A stretch of 64,000 nt of DNA, from the NCBI GenBank assembly GCA_039590195.1, contig JBDHFY010000003.1:4241-68240 (forward strand), written 5' to 3'. The notes beneath the pieces were generated by a model, which was given only the letters and a program-made list of their open reading frames with translations, was not told where the DNA came from and made no database searches. The stretch comes from Gemmatimonadota bacterium. Its GTDB lineage: Bacteria; Gemmatimonadota; Gemmatimonadetes; Gemmatimonadales; GWC2-71-9. Every line of letters begins with the position of its first letter. Positions within the stretch are counted from its first letter, which is position 1. A program made the position numbers and the translations under genes. Below are positions 52,042 through 60,707 of the stretch, piece after piece.

Positions 52042-53373
52042 ATGCGACCTGGCGGCTGCGTGCTGGTTATGGCAATGCTCGGCTTCATCCATTCCACCAA
52101 GGCCCAAGAGCCCTGGCCGGAGCCCGGCCCGGAGCTGTTGAGCCGGGCCAGAGCGCTTCTCTCCCAGGTGCCGCTCATAGACGGACACAACGATCTCCCG
52201 TCAACGCTGCTGGAGACCGTGGGCGGCGATTTGAATCGGGCCGACATCGCCCTCCGCCAGCCGCAGCAGTCGGCCGATCTGCCACGGTTGCGGGAAGGGA
52301 TGGTCGGAGGGCAGTTCTGGTCGGCACATGCGCCGGCCGAGACCATGTTCACAGGAGACGCGCTAGCGCGATCCCTCCAGCAGATCGACATGGTCCACCG
52401 CCTGGTGGCGCGATATCCGGATCTGGAGCTTGGCCGTACGGCTGAGGATGTCGAACGGATCCACACGGAGGGGAAGATTGCGTCTATGATCGGGGTCGAG
52501 GGTGGGCACATGATCGACAACTCCCTCGCGGCGCTCAGGATGTTCTACAGGCTCGGCGGCCGCTACATGACGCTGACCCACTTTCGAACCACCGACTGGG
52601 CGGATGCCGCCACGGACGTGCCCCGACATGGTGGGCTCTCGGAGTTTGGTGAAGAAGTCGTACGGGAGATGAACCGACTTGGAATGTTTGTCGACCTTTC
52701 GCACGTCAGTGTCGAGACGATGAGAGACGCGCTCCGAGTTAGCCGCGCGCCCGTGATTTTCTCACACTCTAACGCTCTCGCGGTCAACATACACCCTCGC
52801 AACGTCCCGGATGACGTGCTTGGGATGGTGGCGGAGAATGGGGGAGTGGTGATGGTGAACTTCATCGCCGGCTACGTTCCGCCGACGCCGCCGGAATGGC
52901 GTAGCCTGACGGGCAGCGCCGCGGCAACATTCCATCTCCAGGCAGGGCAATCCGCCGACGAGCCCGTGTGGAACGCCCGCCGCATCGAGGTGGTGGAAGG
53001 GCTTCGGGCGGAGCTGGATGATGACGCGGAGATCACGCGGCGTCTCGCCGAGTGGGTACGGCAGAATCCTCCACCCAGGGGAACGGTGGGGGACGTGGCG
53101 GATCACATCGACCACATCCGGAACGTGGCCGGCATCGACCACATCGGAGTAGGGTCAGATTTCTATGATGCCGGCGGGCCCTCGATGGCGGCCGGCCTCG
53201 AGGATGTCAGCAAGTTCCCCGTGCTGTTCGCGGAACTGTTGCGGCGAGGTTACAGTGACGAGGATATCAAGAAGATCGCCGGCCTAAACATGTTGCGGGC
53301 GATGCGAGAGATGGAACGGGTTGCCCAGGAATTGCGCCGTGACCATGGCCCGTCGCTCGCCGAGCTGCGGTAG
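52042..53373 (+). CDS. M19-family membrane (renal-type) dipeptidase
   Basis: ORF 51805-53373 trimmed to MRPGGCVLVMAMLGF (signal). Signature VPLIDGHNDLP, GGQFWS, IEGGH, MTLTH, VDLSHVS, IFSHSN. Confidence 0.85.
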   Translation: MRPGGCVLVMAMLGFIHSTKAQEPWPEPGPELLSRARALLSQVPLIDGHNDLPSTLLETVGGDLNRADIALRQPQQSADLPRLREGMVGGQFWSAHAPAETMFTGDALARSLQQIDMVHRLVARYPDLELGRTAEDVERIHTEGKIASMIGVEGGHMIDNSLAALRMFYRLGGRYMTLTHFRTTDWADAATDVPRHGGLSEFGEEVVREMNRLGMFVDLSHVSVETMRDALRVSRAPVIFSHSNALAVNIHPRNVPDDVLGMVAENGGVVMVNFIAGYVPPTPPEWRSLTGSAAATFHLQAGQSADEPVWNARRIEVVEGLRAELDDDAEITRRLAEWVRQNPPPRGTVGDVADHIDHIRNVAGIDHIGVGSDFYDAGGPSMAAGLEDVSKFPVLFAELLRRGYSDEDIKKIAGLNMLRAMREMERVAQELRRDHGPSLAELR

Positions 53374-53423
53374 CCAAGGAGTACAAACTGATGGAAGCAG
53401 TCTACCGAACCACTCTGGTGCGA

Positions 53424-53479
53424 GCCGGCCGCCGGCAGCCGGTACCTAACAGCTGACGGCTAACAGCTAACAGCTACAG
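53424..53479 (+). repeat. Heptamer repeat, 8 phased units: GCCGGCC GCCGGCA GCCGGTA CCTAACA GCTGACG GCTAACA GCTAACA GCTACAG
   Basis: It occupies the gap between the convergent dipeptidase (stop 53373) and asparaginase. The asparaginase TAG stop lies inside the last unit. Confidence 0.8.
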
Positions 53480-54433
53480 GTCGCGCGCGATTACGGCTCG
53501 TACGTCGTCATCCAACGGATTTCCGGTGATGCGGCCCCCGGGAACGCGGGAGGCGATGGCCAGTGCTGTGCTCCGTCGGGAGGCTTCGCGTAGCGCCCTT
53601 CGAGCGCCGGCGCTCATCCGCCCGCCGGCAAAGGTCGTCACGACAAGCCCACTGATTCTCTTTTCCATCCAGTAGTCGATCGCGGATCCGTCGAAGCCGG
53701 CATAGTCCGCGACGATCTCCACCCGGGGCAGCTCGGTCAACTGAATGACGTCAAACGCTGAGTGCGCCGTGTGGCGCCGCAACGGCGCCCGGTAGAACAC
53801 GACGGTGTCTGGATCGGCGAAGCCCAGGACCCCCAACTCTGGAGTGCGGAACGTCTGCACTCGGCGGTTGTCAGTCTTCCACACGTCGCGGGCGCTGCTG
53901 ATCTCCTCATTGAGGACGACGAGAACGCCCTTCCCGCCTGCTTCCGGCGATACGACTACGCGCACCGCGTTCAGAAGGTTGGCCGGACCATCGGCGGAGA
54001 TCTCCGTTGCCGAGCGCATGGAACCCACCATGACGACCGGCCGTGAGTCCCGGATCGTGAGGTGGAGAAAGTAAGCTGTCTCCTCCAGGGTGTCGGTGCC
54101 GTGCGTGACAACGACACCCGCGAGATCCGGCTGCTCGCCGAACAACGCGTTGATCCGCTTGGCGAGGCGGAGCCAATGTGGGGGCGTCATCTGCGATGAC
54201 CCGATGCGGCTGAACTCCTCCACAGAGACGTCGGCGTGGTCCAGAAGCTCGGGAACCGCCTGCACGAGCGCGGGCCCCTCCATGATTGGGGCCCCTGCGC
54301 GACTGGCAATCGTTCCGCCGGTCGTGACGATCACGACCTTGGGCATGGGTCGGGACTGCCCGCTGACGCCGGAAGGTCCCCATGCCATGCCGAAGCCCGC
54401 ACCGACCACCGTTACAAGAGTCCGGAACCTCAC
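53474..54433 (-). CDS. Type II (periplasmic) L-asparaginase family protein
   Basis: 319-aa ORF with a signal peptide. Active-site motifs VTTGGTIAS and VVTHGTDTLEETAYFL. Confidence 0.85.
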   Translation of the reverse strand: MRFRTLVTVVGAGFGMAWGPSGVSGQSRPMPKVVIVTTGGTIASRAGAPIMEGPALVQAVPELLDHADVSVEEFSRIGSSQMTPPHWLRLAKRINALFGEQPDLAGVVVTHGTDTLEETAYFLHLTIRDSRPVVMVGSMRSATEISADGPANLLNAVRVVVSPEAGGKGVLVVLNEEISSARDVWKTDNRRVQTFRTPELGVLGFADPDTVVFYRAPLRRHTAHSAFDVIQLTELPRVEIVADYAGFDGSAIDYWMEKRISGLVVTTFAGGRMSAGARRALREASRRSTALAIASRVPGGRITGNPLDDDVRAVIARDL

Positions 54434-54685
54434 GGCCTACCTCCCCGTTCCGTTTCCGAGAATATCGTCCGAAGCGACCGCACACGGCGCTGTGACATCA
54501 ACGGTGACATCGACGCTTGAAGATCGCAAGGCGCCACTCACGACTCGTGATCATCCCGAGTGGACACGTTCCTTGCGGCCTGCAACGCGCCCCGTAAGAT
54601 TACGCGTGGATTGGCAGGACCGCTGTTAGCCTTTTGCGAGACGAGATCGCTGTACACTTCTCGGGTTGGATCAAAGGAGCTGAGA

Positions 54686-57052
54686 ATGCTTGAACGGGGA
54701 AGGCGGGTTGTCGGTGCCGCGCTGGTTGTCATTGCCGGTGCCTTCGCCTGTGGACGACAGGCGGCGGATGTTCCTCCGCGGCAGGACTATGCGGAAGCCG
54801 CGGAGCGTCTCGCAGCTTTTGTTGAGCACGAGATGGCGGACAAATCACTGCCGGCTATCTCCATCGTCCTCGTGGACGATCAGGAGATCGTCTGGGCTCG
54901 CGGTTTCGGTTATGCTGATCCGGAAGACAGCGTGGAGGCCACAGCTGCGACGGTGTACCGGGTGGGATCGGTCTCGAAGCTCTTCACCGACCTTGGGATC
55001 ATGCAACTCGTGGAGCGAGGAGAGATCGATCTCGACGCGCCCGTGACGGATTACCTGCCGGATTTTCGTCCCGAGAGCCGGTTCGAGGAAGGCGTGACCC
55101 TGCGGCAACTCATGTCGCACCGCTCCGGGCTCGTGCGAGAACCGCCGGTTGGCCACTACTTCGATGACACCGACGCCTCTCTCGAAGCCACGGTCGCTAG
55201 CCTCAACCAAACAGCGGCCGTGTACGAGCCGGAGTCGCGCACGAAGTACTCGAATGCAGGAATTGCCTCGGTGGGATATGCGCTCGAACGTACGAAGGGA
55301 GAACCGTTCGCAGACTATCTGAAGCACGCAGTCCTCGACCCATTGGGCATGGATCGAAGCGCATTTGATCCTGATGCCTCCATCGCGCGCAGGCTGGCGC
55401 GCGCATATATGTGGACGTACGACGGCCGCACCTTTGAGGCTCCCGGATTTCAGTTGGGGATGGCCCCCGCCGGAAGCATGTACGCTCCCGTGACCGATCT
55501 GGGTCTGTTCATGAGCGCGCTCTTCGCGGACGGTGTGGGCGCGCGTGGTCAGGTAGTGTCGTCTGAAACTCTCGCGGAGATGCTCACACCGCAGTTCGCG
55601 CCGAGTGATGCCACCACCGGGTACGGCATCGGATTCCGCCTGTCGGAGTTCGATGGCCACCGTGCGATCGGCCATGGTGGAGCGATCTATGGATTTGCGA
55701 CGGACCTCGCGGCGCTGCCCGACGAGAAGCTCGGAGCGGCTGCAGTGACCACGATGGACGGCGCGAACGCCGTCGTTGAGCGGATCACGAGGTACGCCCT
55801 GAGGCTGATGCTGGCCGTGCGCGAAGGGCGCCCCCTTCCTGAAGCGGAAGTGACGGAAGACGTGCCTCTGGATGTGTTCGACCGGATCGCCGGCCGGTAT
55901 GGCCGCGGCGACCGGCAGATCGACATCACAACCCGCGGAGGGGAGGCACGTGCGTGGGTGCGCCGGCCAGGCCTACGCCTCCGGCTCATGGCCCGCGGCG
56001 ACACCCTGATCGTGGACGATCGGCTCGCGTATGGGACGCGGATCATTCCGGTCGAAGGCGGAATTGTCGTCGACGGCGACAGGCTCGAGCGAGTTACGGT
56101 GCCCAAGCCGCCGCGGGCTCCGACGGAATGGCTGGAACTCTTGGGCGAGTACGGTTGGGATCACAACACCCTCTACATCCTGGAAAGGGATCGCCAGCTT
56201 CACGCGTTGATCGAGTGGTTCTTCCTGTACCCGCTCGAGGAGATCTCCCCGGACGTGTTTGCGTTCCCCTCATGGGGCCTGTACGACGGTGAGCGGTTGC
56301 TCTTCTCCCGAGATGCAGATGGACGGGCAACTGGCGTCGAGGCTGCGAGTGTGGTGTTCGCGCGCAGGGAGGTCGGCACGGAGGCAGGGGTCACGTTCAC
56401 CATCGAGCCCGTTCGCCCGGTGGACGAGCTTCGTGGCGAGGCGCTGGCGGCGAGCCCGCCGGAAGAGGTGGGCGAGTTTCGAGACCCAGACCTGGCCGAA
56501 CTCAAGACTCTCGAACCGACCATCGAGTACGACATCCGTTATGCCAGCACCAACAACTTCATGCAATCGGTGTTCTACGACCAGCCAAAGGCATTCATGC
56601 AGCGGTCAGCTGCGGAGGCGTTGGTCGGGGCACACGGCAAGTTGCGGGAACGAGGGTACGGTCTGCTGATTCATGACGCGTACCGACCGTGGTATGTGAC
56701 GAAGATGTTCTGGGATGCGACACCCGAGGACATGAAGATTTTCGTCGCTGACCCAGCAAGCGGGTCGCGTCACAACCGCGGTGCGGCGGTGGACCTCACG
56801 CTGTACGACGTGCGCACGGGCCGACCCATTGAGATGGTCGGGGGATACGATGAATTCTCGGATCGCTCGTTTCCCGATTACGTTGGCGGCACATCGCTCG
56901 AGCGCTGGCACCGAGATCTCTTGCGGGATGCGATGGAAGCGGAAGGATTTCAGGTGTACGAGTTCGAGTGGTGGCATTTCGACTACGGTCATTGGTCACG
57001 ATATCCGATTATGAATGTGACATTTGATGAGATAGGGAGAGGGGAGAGGTGA
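54686..57052 (+). CDS. Fusion lipoprotein: beta-lactamase-fold serine hydrolase + middle domain + VanX/DdpX-type D-Ala-D-Ala dipeptidase (M15D)
   Basis: ORF 54560-57052 trimmed to MLERGRRVVGAALVVIAGAFAC (AAAGGAG RBS, lipobox). The N-terminal domain has YRVGSVSKLFT (SxxK) and SHRSGL. The C-terminal ~176 aa (about 56522-57049) carry the VanX zinc motifs SRHNRGAAVD (SxHxxGxAxD) and EWWHF. Confidence 0.8.
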   Translation: MLERGRRVVGAALVVIAGAFACGRQAADVPPRQDYAEAAERLAAFVEHEMADKSLPAISIVLVDDQEIVWARGFGYADPEDSVEATAATVYRVGSVSKLFTDLGIMQLVERGEIDLDAPVTDYLPDFRPESRFEEGVTLRQLMSHRSGLVREPPVGHYFDDTDASLEATVASLNQTAAVYEPESRTKYSNAGIASVGYALERTKGEPFADYLKHAVLDPLGMDRSAFDPDASIARRLARAYMWTYDGRTFEAPGFQLGMAPAGSMYAPVTDLGLFMSALFADGVGARGQVVSSETLAEMLTPQFAPSDATTGYGIGFRLSEFDGHRAIGHGGAIYGFATDLAALPDEKLGAAAVTTMDGANAVVERITRYALRLMLAVREGRPLPEAEVTEDVPLDVFDRIAGRYGRGDRQIDITTRGGEARAWVRRPGLRLRLMARGDTLIVDDRLAYGTRIIPVEGGIVVDGDRLERVTVPKPPRAPTEWLELLGEYGWDHNTLYILERDRQLHALIEWFFLYPLEEISPDVFAFPSWGLYDGERLLFSRDADGRATGVEAASVVFARREVGTEAGVTFTIEPVRPVDELRGEALAASPPEEVGEFRDPDLAELKTLEPTIEYDIRYASTNNFMQSVFYDQPKAFMQRSAAEALVGAHGKLRERGYGLLIHDAYRPWYVTKMFWDATPEDMKIFVADPASGSRHNRGAAVDLTLYDVRTGRPIEMVGGYDEFSDRSFPDYVGGTSLERWHRDLLRDAMEAEGFQVYEFEWWHFDYGHWSRYPIMNVTFDEIGRGER

Positions 57053-57061
57053 CTAGGGAGC

Positions 57062-57092
57062 GGGGAGTGGGGAGCGGGTACCTCCACTCCCC
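57062..57092. terminator. Hairpin GGGGAGTGG-N13-CCACTCCCC between convergent genes
   Basis: Perfect 9-bp stem within a GGGAGCG/GGGAGTG heptamer context, 10 nt after the fusion-gene stop. Confidence 0.45.
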
Positions 57093-57129
57093 GGCGACAC
57101 GCCGAATGGCGCATTGACGAGGCAGCTGG

Positions 57130-57639
57130 TCAGCGCCGTATCTCGCAGTGGAATTCCGACAGAGCGTCCGAAATCTCGGTGGCCGATGCCTGTGGCGCCA
57201 TTAGCCAGATTGTGGTGAGATGTGTGAGCAAAGTGTGATGGAGCGCCTGTCTGAGTAGTTCGGCAAAACGTCTGGGCTCCAGGGATCCATGGATCGTCCC
57301 CAGCATTGGAAGGGCAATCGACTCGAGCTCCAGTTCCTCAACCTTCAAGAAGATTTCGCGCAGGGCGCTTCCCACCCATTCTTCCTTCCATGAAGGATCT
57401 TCGTTCAAGTCGTGCACAATGGCCAGGAACCGCAGCGGAGAATCCCCCCGCACGAGGATGGTGCCCGGGATCTCCGGTTCGACTTCTCGCGCGCGGGCCA
57501 ACAAGCGCTCAGGCCGTTCGTGGGTTTCCTTGGGCTCCGGGTCGGCACTCAGGACGAGGAAGGTGTCTTCCTCCGCAACGACGGCATCCACGGATGTCGG
57601 CAGTGTGGAAGCAGGTGCAACGATGACGATGGAGAACAT
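57130..57639 (-). CDS. Hypothetical protein, possibly a divergent macro-domain-like fold
   Basis: ORF 57130-57648 trimmed to MFSIVIV... There is weak resemblance to macro domains (VDAVVAEED near the N-terminus, LRFLAIVHDL, SIALPMLGTIHGSL cf. SIAFPxISTGxxG). It is cotranscribed with DUF1028. The family call is tentative. Confidence 0.3.
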   Translation of the reverse strand: MFSIVIVAPASTLPTSVDAVVAEEDTFLVLSADPEPKETHERPERLLARAREVEPEIPGTILVRGDSPLRFLAIVHDLNEDPSWKEEWVGSALREIFLKVEELELESIALPMLGTIHGSLEPRRFAELLRQALHHTLLTHLTTIWLMAPQASATEISDALSEFHCEIRR

Positions 57640-57668
57640 GGGGCACACGCCGCGCTCAATGGCGACCG

Positions 57669-58430
57669 TTACCTCCTCCTGTGCCGGTTGCGGCGTTCCT
57701 CGGCTATCTCCACGAGCCGGCGGAGTTCCTGAATCGGCTCCGGGTTGTCATCCACCTGCAGTCGGAGTACCACATCGTTGTTGAGCCAGACTCCCCCGTC
57801 CTCTTTTACAACTAGCATTGCGGCAGATTGCATCCCTCGGGTGTCACCCCCGGCCGCGTGACCTGCTTCGAGCGCTGCAAGGAGGCGAAGGGACAGATGG
57901 CCCGTCGTTTCATGGAATGCGGTGACCATATCGGTGACGACGGCCTCGCCCGCGAGAATGTTGCCCTGTGCCGCAACGTGTCGAGCGATCTTGTGACCCG
58001 CCCATTCGTTGGCTCGGGGGCCAGTATAGACGGCGATCTCACCACGGGCGTTCATCACGGCAAACTGGCGCCCGTACTTTGACCACCTCTCCGGGCGTGG
58101 ATCAGGGTCCGCTTCCCATACTCGGCGCACCACGTCGTCCGGCGAATGTCCCTGACGCAGCAGCTCCAACGCTTGAGGACCGTAGCTGACGTCGACGATC
58201 GCCTGCGTTGCCACCATCCCCACGCCCGCCTCCCCCCACAACACGCCGTTACCCACCGAAAACACGCGCGACTGCACGGCGCCTCCGATTTCACCACTTT
58301 CGGCGTCGTAGGCGAGAATGGAAAACGTTCCTACCGGGTCCCCCTGGGAGACGCCTTCCCGTTGGGCCAGGACGGTGGCAGGCAGGAATGCGGCAAGGCT
58401 TGCGAGCACCGTGACTGATCTCAGCCTCAT
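57669..58430 (-). CDS. DUF1028 (Ntn-hydrolase fold) protein
   Basis: 253-aa ORF with a signal peptide, then TFSILAYDAESGEIGGAVQSRVFSVG, the characteristic DUF1028 N-terminus (nucleophile Thr right after signal cleavage). Confidence 0.8.
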   Translation of the reverse strand: MRLRSVTVLASLAAFLPATVLAQREGVSQGDPVGTFSILAYDAESGEIGGAVQSRVFSVGNGVLWGEAGVGMVATQAIVDVSYGPQALELLRQGHSPDDVVRRVWEADPDPRPERWSKYGRQFAVMNARGEIAVYTGPRANEWAGHKIARHVAAQGNILAGEAVVTDMVTAFHETTGHLSLRLLAALEAGHAAGGDTRGMQSAAMLVVKEDGGVWLNNDVVLRLQVDDNPEPIQELRRLVEIAEERRNRHRRR

Positions 58431-58522
58431 AAGCCCTCCTTTTCGTCAAGTCTGCAGTAGCTTACTCCCGTTCCGCCGTCGCGCATAGGCCTGTGCGGGC
58501 CGCCACGCCGTCGTCCGGTGGC

Positions 58523-58562
58523 TTGACGGCCTCGTTCTTATTGTAGTAAGGTATTAGTACAA
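58523..58562 (+). promoter_or_regulatory. Candidate promoter (TTGACG) plus GntR/YtrA-type operator TTGTAGTAA-N4-TTAGTACAA
   Basis: ggcTTGACGgcctcgttcttaTTGTAGTAAggtaTTAGTACAAtgagagg. The inverted repeat has 8 of 9 pairing positions and contains the GT...AC core typical of GntR operators. A TACAAT/TAAGGT -10-like hexamer lies inside it. It sits ~85 nt upstream of the GntR start. Confidence 0.4.
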
Positions 58563-58644
58563 TGAGAGGTGTATTGCGCGAACTCCCTGCCACAGGCAGT
58601 GGGCACAATACTGATCGCCGCGCTGATAACTCCAGGAAACCGCC

Positions 58645-59022
58645 GTGTTCCATGTAAGGCCGGAGTCAGGCGAGCCCATCTACCGGCAACTGACCCGTCA
58701 GATCAAACATGCCATTACCACTGGCGCGCTCAAATCTGGGGACAAGTTGCCCACAGTGCGCCAACTCGCCGTTGATTTGGTCATCAACCCCAACACAGTT
58801 GCCCGAGCGTACCGCGAGCTCGAGCATATGGGACTCTTGGAGAGCGGTCCGCGACGCGGCACCTTCGTCAAATTCTCGCCTCCCGGCATGTTGTTGGAAG
58901 AACGTCGCCGCCGGTTGCAGCCGCACATCGACGGCTTGATCGCGGAGGCCACCGTGTTGGGTTTCACGGTAGACGAGCTCGTCGCGCTGCTTCGCAAAGC
59001 CGCGCGGTCAAAGGAGAAGTAA
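58645..59022 (+). CDS. GntR-family transcriptional regulator, YtrA subfamily (short C-terminal domain)
   Basis: 125-aa ORF: PIYRQLTRQIKHAITTGALKSGDKLPTVRQLAVDLVINPNTVARAYRELEHMGLLESGPRRGTFV. Followed by ABC ATPase and membrane genes, as in ytrABC-type operons. Confidence 0.9.
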   Translation: MFHVRPESGEPIYRQLTRQIKHAITTGALKSGDKLPTVRQLAVDLVINPNTVARAYRELEHMGLLESGPRRGTFVKFSPPGMLLEERRRRLQPHIDGLIAEATVLGFTVDELVALLRKAARSKEK

Positions 59023-59029
59023 CCGCGTC

Positions 59030-59965
59030 ATGGATGAACCAAGCGCCAGCAAGACGGTGGTCGAGGCTGCGAATCTCACGAAGTACTTCGGAACGGTCTG
59101 TGCTGTCGACCACGTAAATTGGGATGTGGATGACGGCACGATAGTGGGCTTGCTCGGCCCCAACGGTGCCGGCAAGACCACCCTGCTGAAAATCCTCCTC
59201 GGCATTGCACATCCGACTTCGGGGGCCGCCACCGTTTTGGGATTGGACGCGGAGAGGTTCTCGGTCTTGATTCGGGAAGCGGTCGGCTTCGTCCCGGAAG
59301 ACAAGTTGTTGTATGACCGCATGCGGGTCGATGCATTTCTCAGATTTTACGGCGCTTTCTTTTCCAGCTGGGACGCGAGGTTTGCCGAGGATCTTCTCGC
59401 CCGGTGGAGCATTCCTTCGTTCAAGACGATCGGGCAACTCTCGAAGGGCATGCGCGCGAAGCTGATGCTTGCGGTGGTCCTCGCACGGCAGCCGCACCTG
59501 TTGCTCATGGACGAACCTACGCTGGATCTCGATCCGGCGAGTGTGGACGAAATCTTCTCGGTCTTCGTACAGTGGGTCTCCGATGGCAAAAGGGCGATCG
59601 TGCTGGCCACCCACCGCCTGGATGAGGTGGAGCGTATCTGCGATCACGTGACGATCATGGACCGGGGCGGGATCGTGGCGCACGGCGACCTCGACGACAT
59701 GCGGGCCAACTGGAAGACCTTCAAAGTCGTAGGTGACCTTCCGCACGACGAGATCAGGCAGTGGAAAGAGATTCGGCGGATTGACGCAAAAGGTAAGGCC
59801 ACTTCGATCGTCAGCGATGCGGATCCGTTGAAGATGACTCGACGCCTTGCGGCGTTTTCGCCGACCACTGTGGAAGTGCTCGACATGAATCTTCGGAACA
59901 TTTATCTCGCCGCCATTGGCTACAAACGAGGCAGGCTCGATGGTGTATTGGAAAGCATGGTTTGA
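59030..59965 (+). CDS. ABC transporter ATP-binding protein
   Basis: 311-aa ORF. Walker A GPNGAGKTT, signature LSKGMRAKL, Walker B LLLMDEPTLDLD, H-loop ATHRLDE. Confidence 0.9.
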   Translation: MDEPSASKTVVEAANLTKYFGTVCAVDHVNWDVDDGTIVGLLGPNGAGKTTLLKILLGIAHPTSGAATVLGLDAERFSVLIREAVGFVPEDKLLYDRMRVDAFLRFYGAFFSSWDARFAEDLLARWSIPSFKTIGQLSKGMRAKLMLAVVLARQPHLLLMDEPTLDLDPASVDEIFSVFVQWVSDGKRAIVLATHRLDEVERICDHVTIMDRGGIVAHGDLDDMRANWKTFKVVGDLPHDEIRQWKEIRRIDAKGKATSIVSDADPLKMTRRLAAFSPTTVEVLDMNLRNIYLAAIGYKRGRLDGVLESMV

Positions 59966-60704
59966 CGTACGTGGCCGCTTTTTCCTGAGCCTGGCGATCG
60001 TCACGCTATTGGTGCTCCCCCAGGCCATCGTGTTCGCCTCGAGAACGCTCGAGGCGAACCGAGGGGAACCGGGTGATGCGACGGCAGCTCAGGAGGCCCC
60101 CGCAGATGAGCGACGCGGGCAGGACGAGCGGGGGATGATGGGTTGGGATGGGTTCGTGCGGGCGTGGTACGACGAAAGCGCGGGAATGATCTTCGCCATC
60201 ATGTCCGTGGTGCTGGCCGTTGGCGGGACGGTGGCGGAATCAAATGCACGGTCCAACGTGCTCTCGCTGAGCCTCCCGGTGCGACGCAGCCGCTGGCTCA
60301 CGGCCCGGGCGTCCATGGCTATCCTGCTGACGTTCGCCCTGGCGGCCTACGTGGCTGTCGTTCTTGCCGCCGTCGCCCTTGTCTTTGGACACTCGTTTCC
60401 GATGCGTATCGCTGTCATTGGCTCACTTCTGGTGGCGCTCAGTGTGGTGGCGTGGGTGGGTCTGAGCCTCCTCAGTACATCGCTCACGCGAGAGTCCGTT
60501 CGCGCTGCTCTGCTGGTGGTCGGTGTCATCATCGTCCTGGAGTTCCTCGGGCGATCTGTGCTGGAGGCGTGGAGCCCATGGCAGGTGAGTAGAGTGGCCG
60601 CGTGGGAAGGTGGGGCTCCGTGGCGGTCATTGTTCGTCGTCGCCGTGCTTGGCTTGGGAGGAGCTGCGATGGCGGTCAGACGGTTCGAGAGGGCGGACTA
60701 CTGA
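59940..60704 (+). CDS. Hypothetical ABC-2-like membrane protein
   Basis: ORF 59916-60704. The start is either 59916 or MVYWKAWFDVRGRFF at 59940, and both overlap the ATPase 3' end. There are 5-6 TM helices and an acidic/basic loop after TM1. Confidence 0.6.
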   Translation: MVYWKAWFDVRGRFFLSLAIVTLLVLPQAIVFASRTLEANRGEPGDATAAQEAPADERRGQDERGMMGWDGFVRAWYDESAGMIFAIMSVVLAVGGTVAESNARSNVLSLSLPVRRSRWLTARASMAILLTFALAAYVAVVLAAVALVFGHSFPMRIAVIGSLLVALSVVAWVGLSLLSTSLTRESVRAALLVVGVIIVLEFLGRSVLEAWSPWQVSRVAAWEGGAPWRSLFVVAVLGLGGAAMAVRRFERADY

Positions 60705-60707
60705 GGT

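Noticed and set aside
51645-52520. N-terminal 292 codons of the 660-aa track ORF (50538-52520), including PAPPAPPAPP, and the GGAGGAGGAGG N-terminal extension of ORF 51805-53373.
   Set aside because: Both low-complexity peptides are simply the two strands of the 9-bp tandem repeat read in frame. Good internal starts with an RBS (51644; 52042) give proteins with normal N-termini (first TM; signal peptide).
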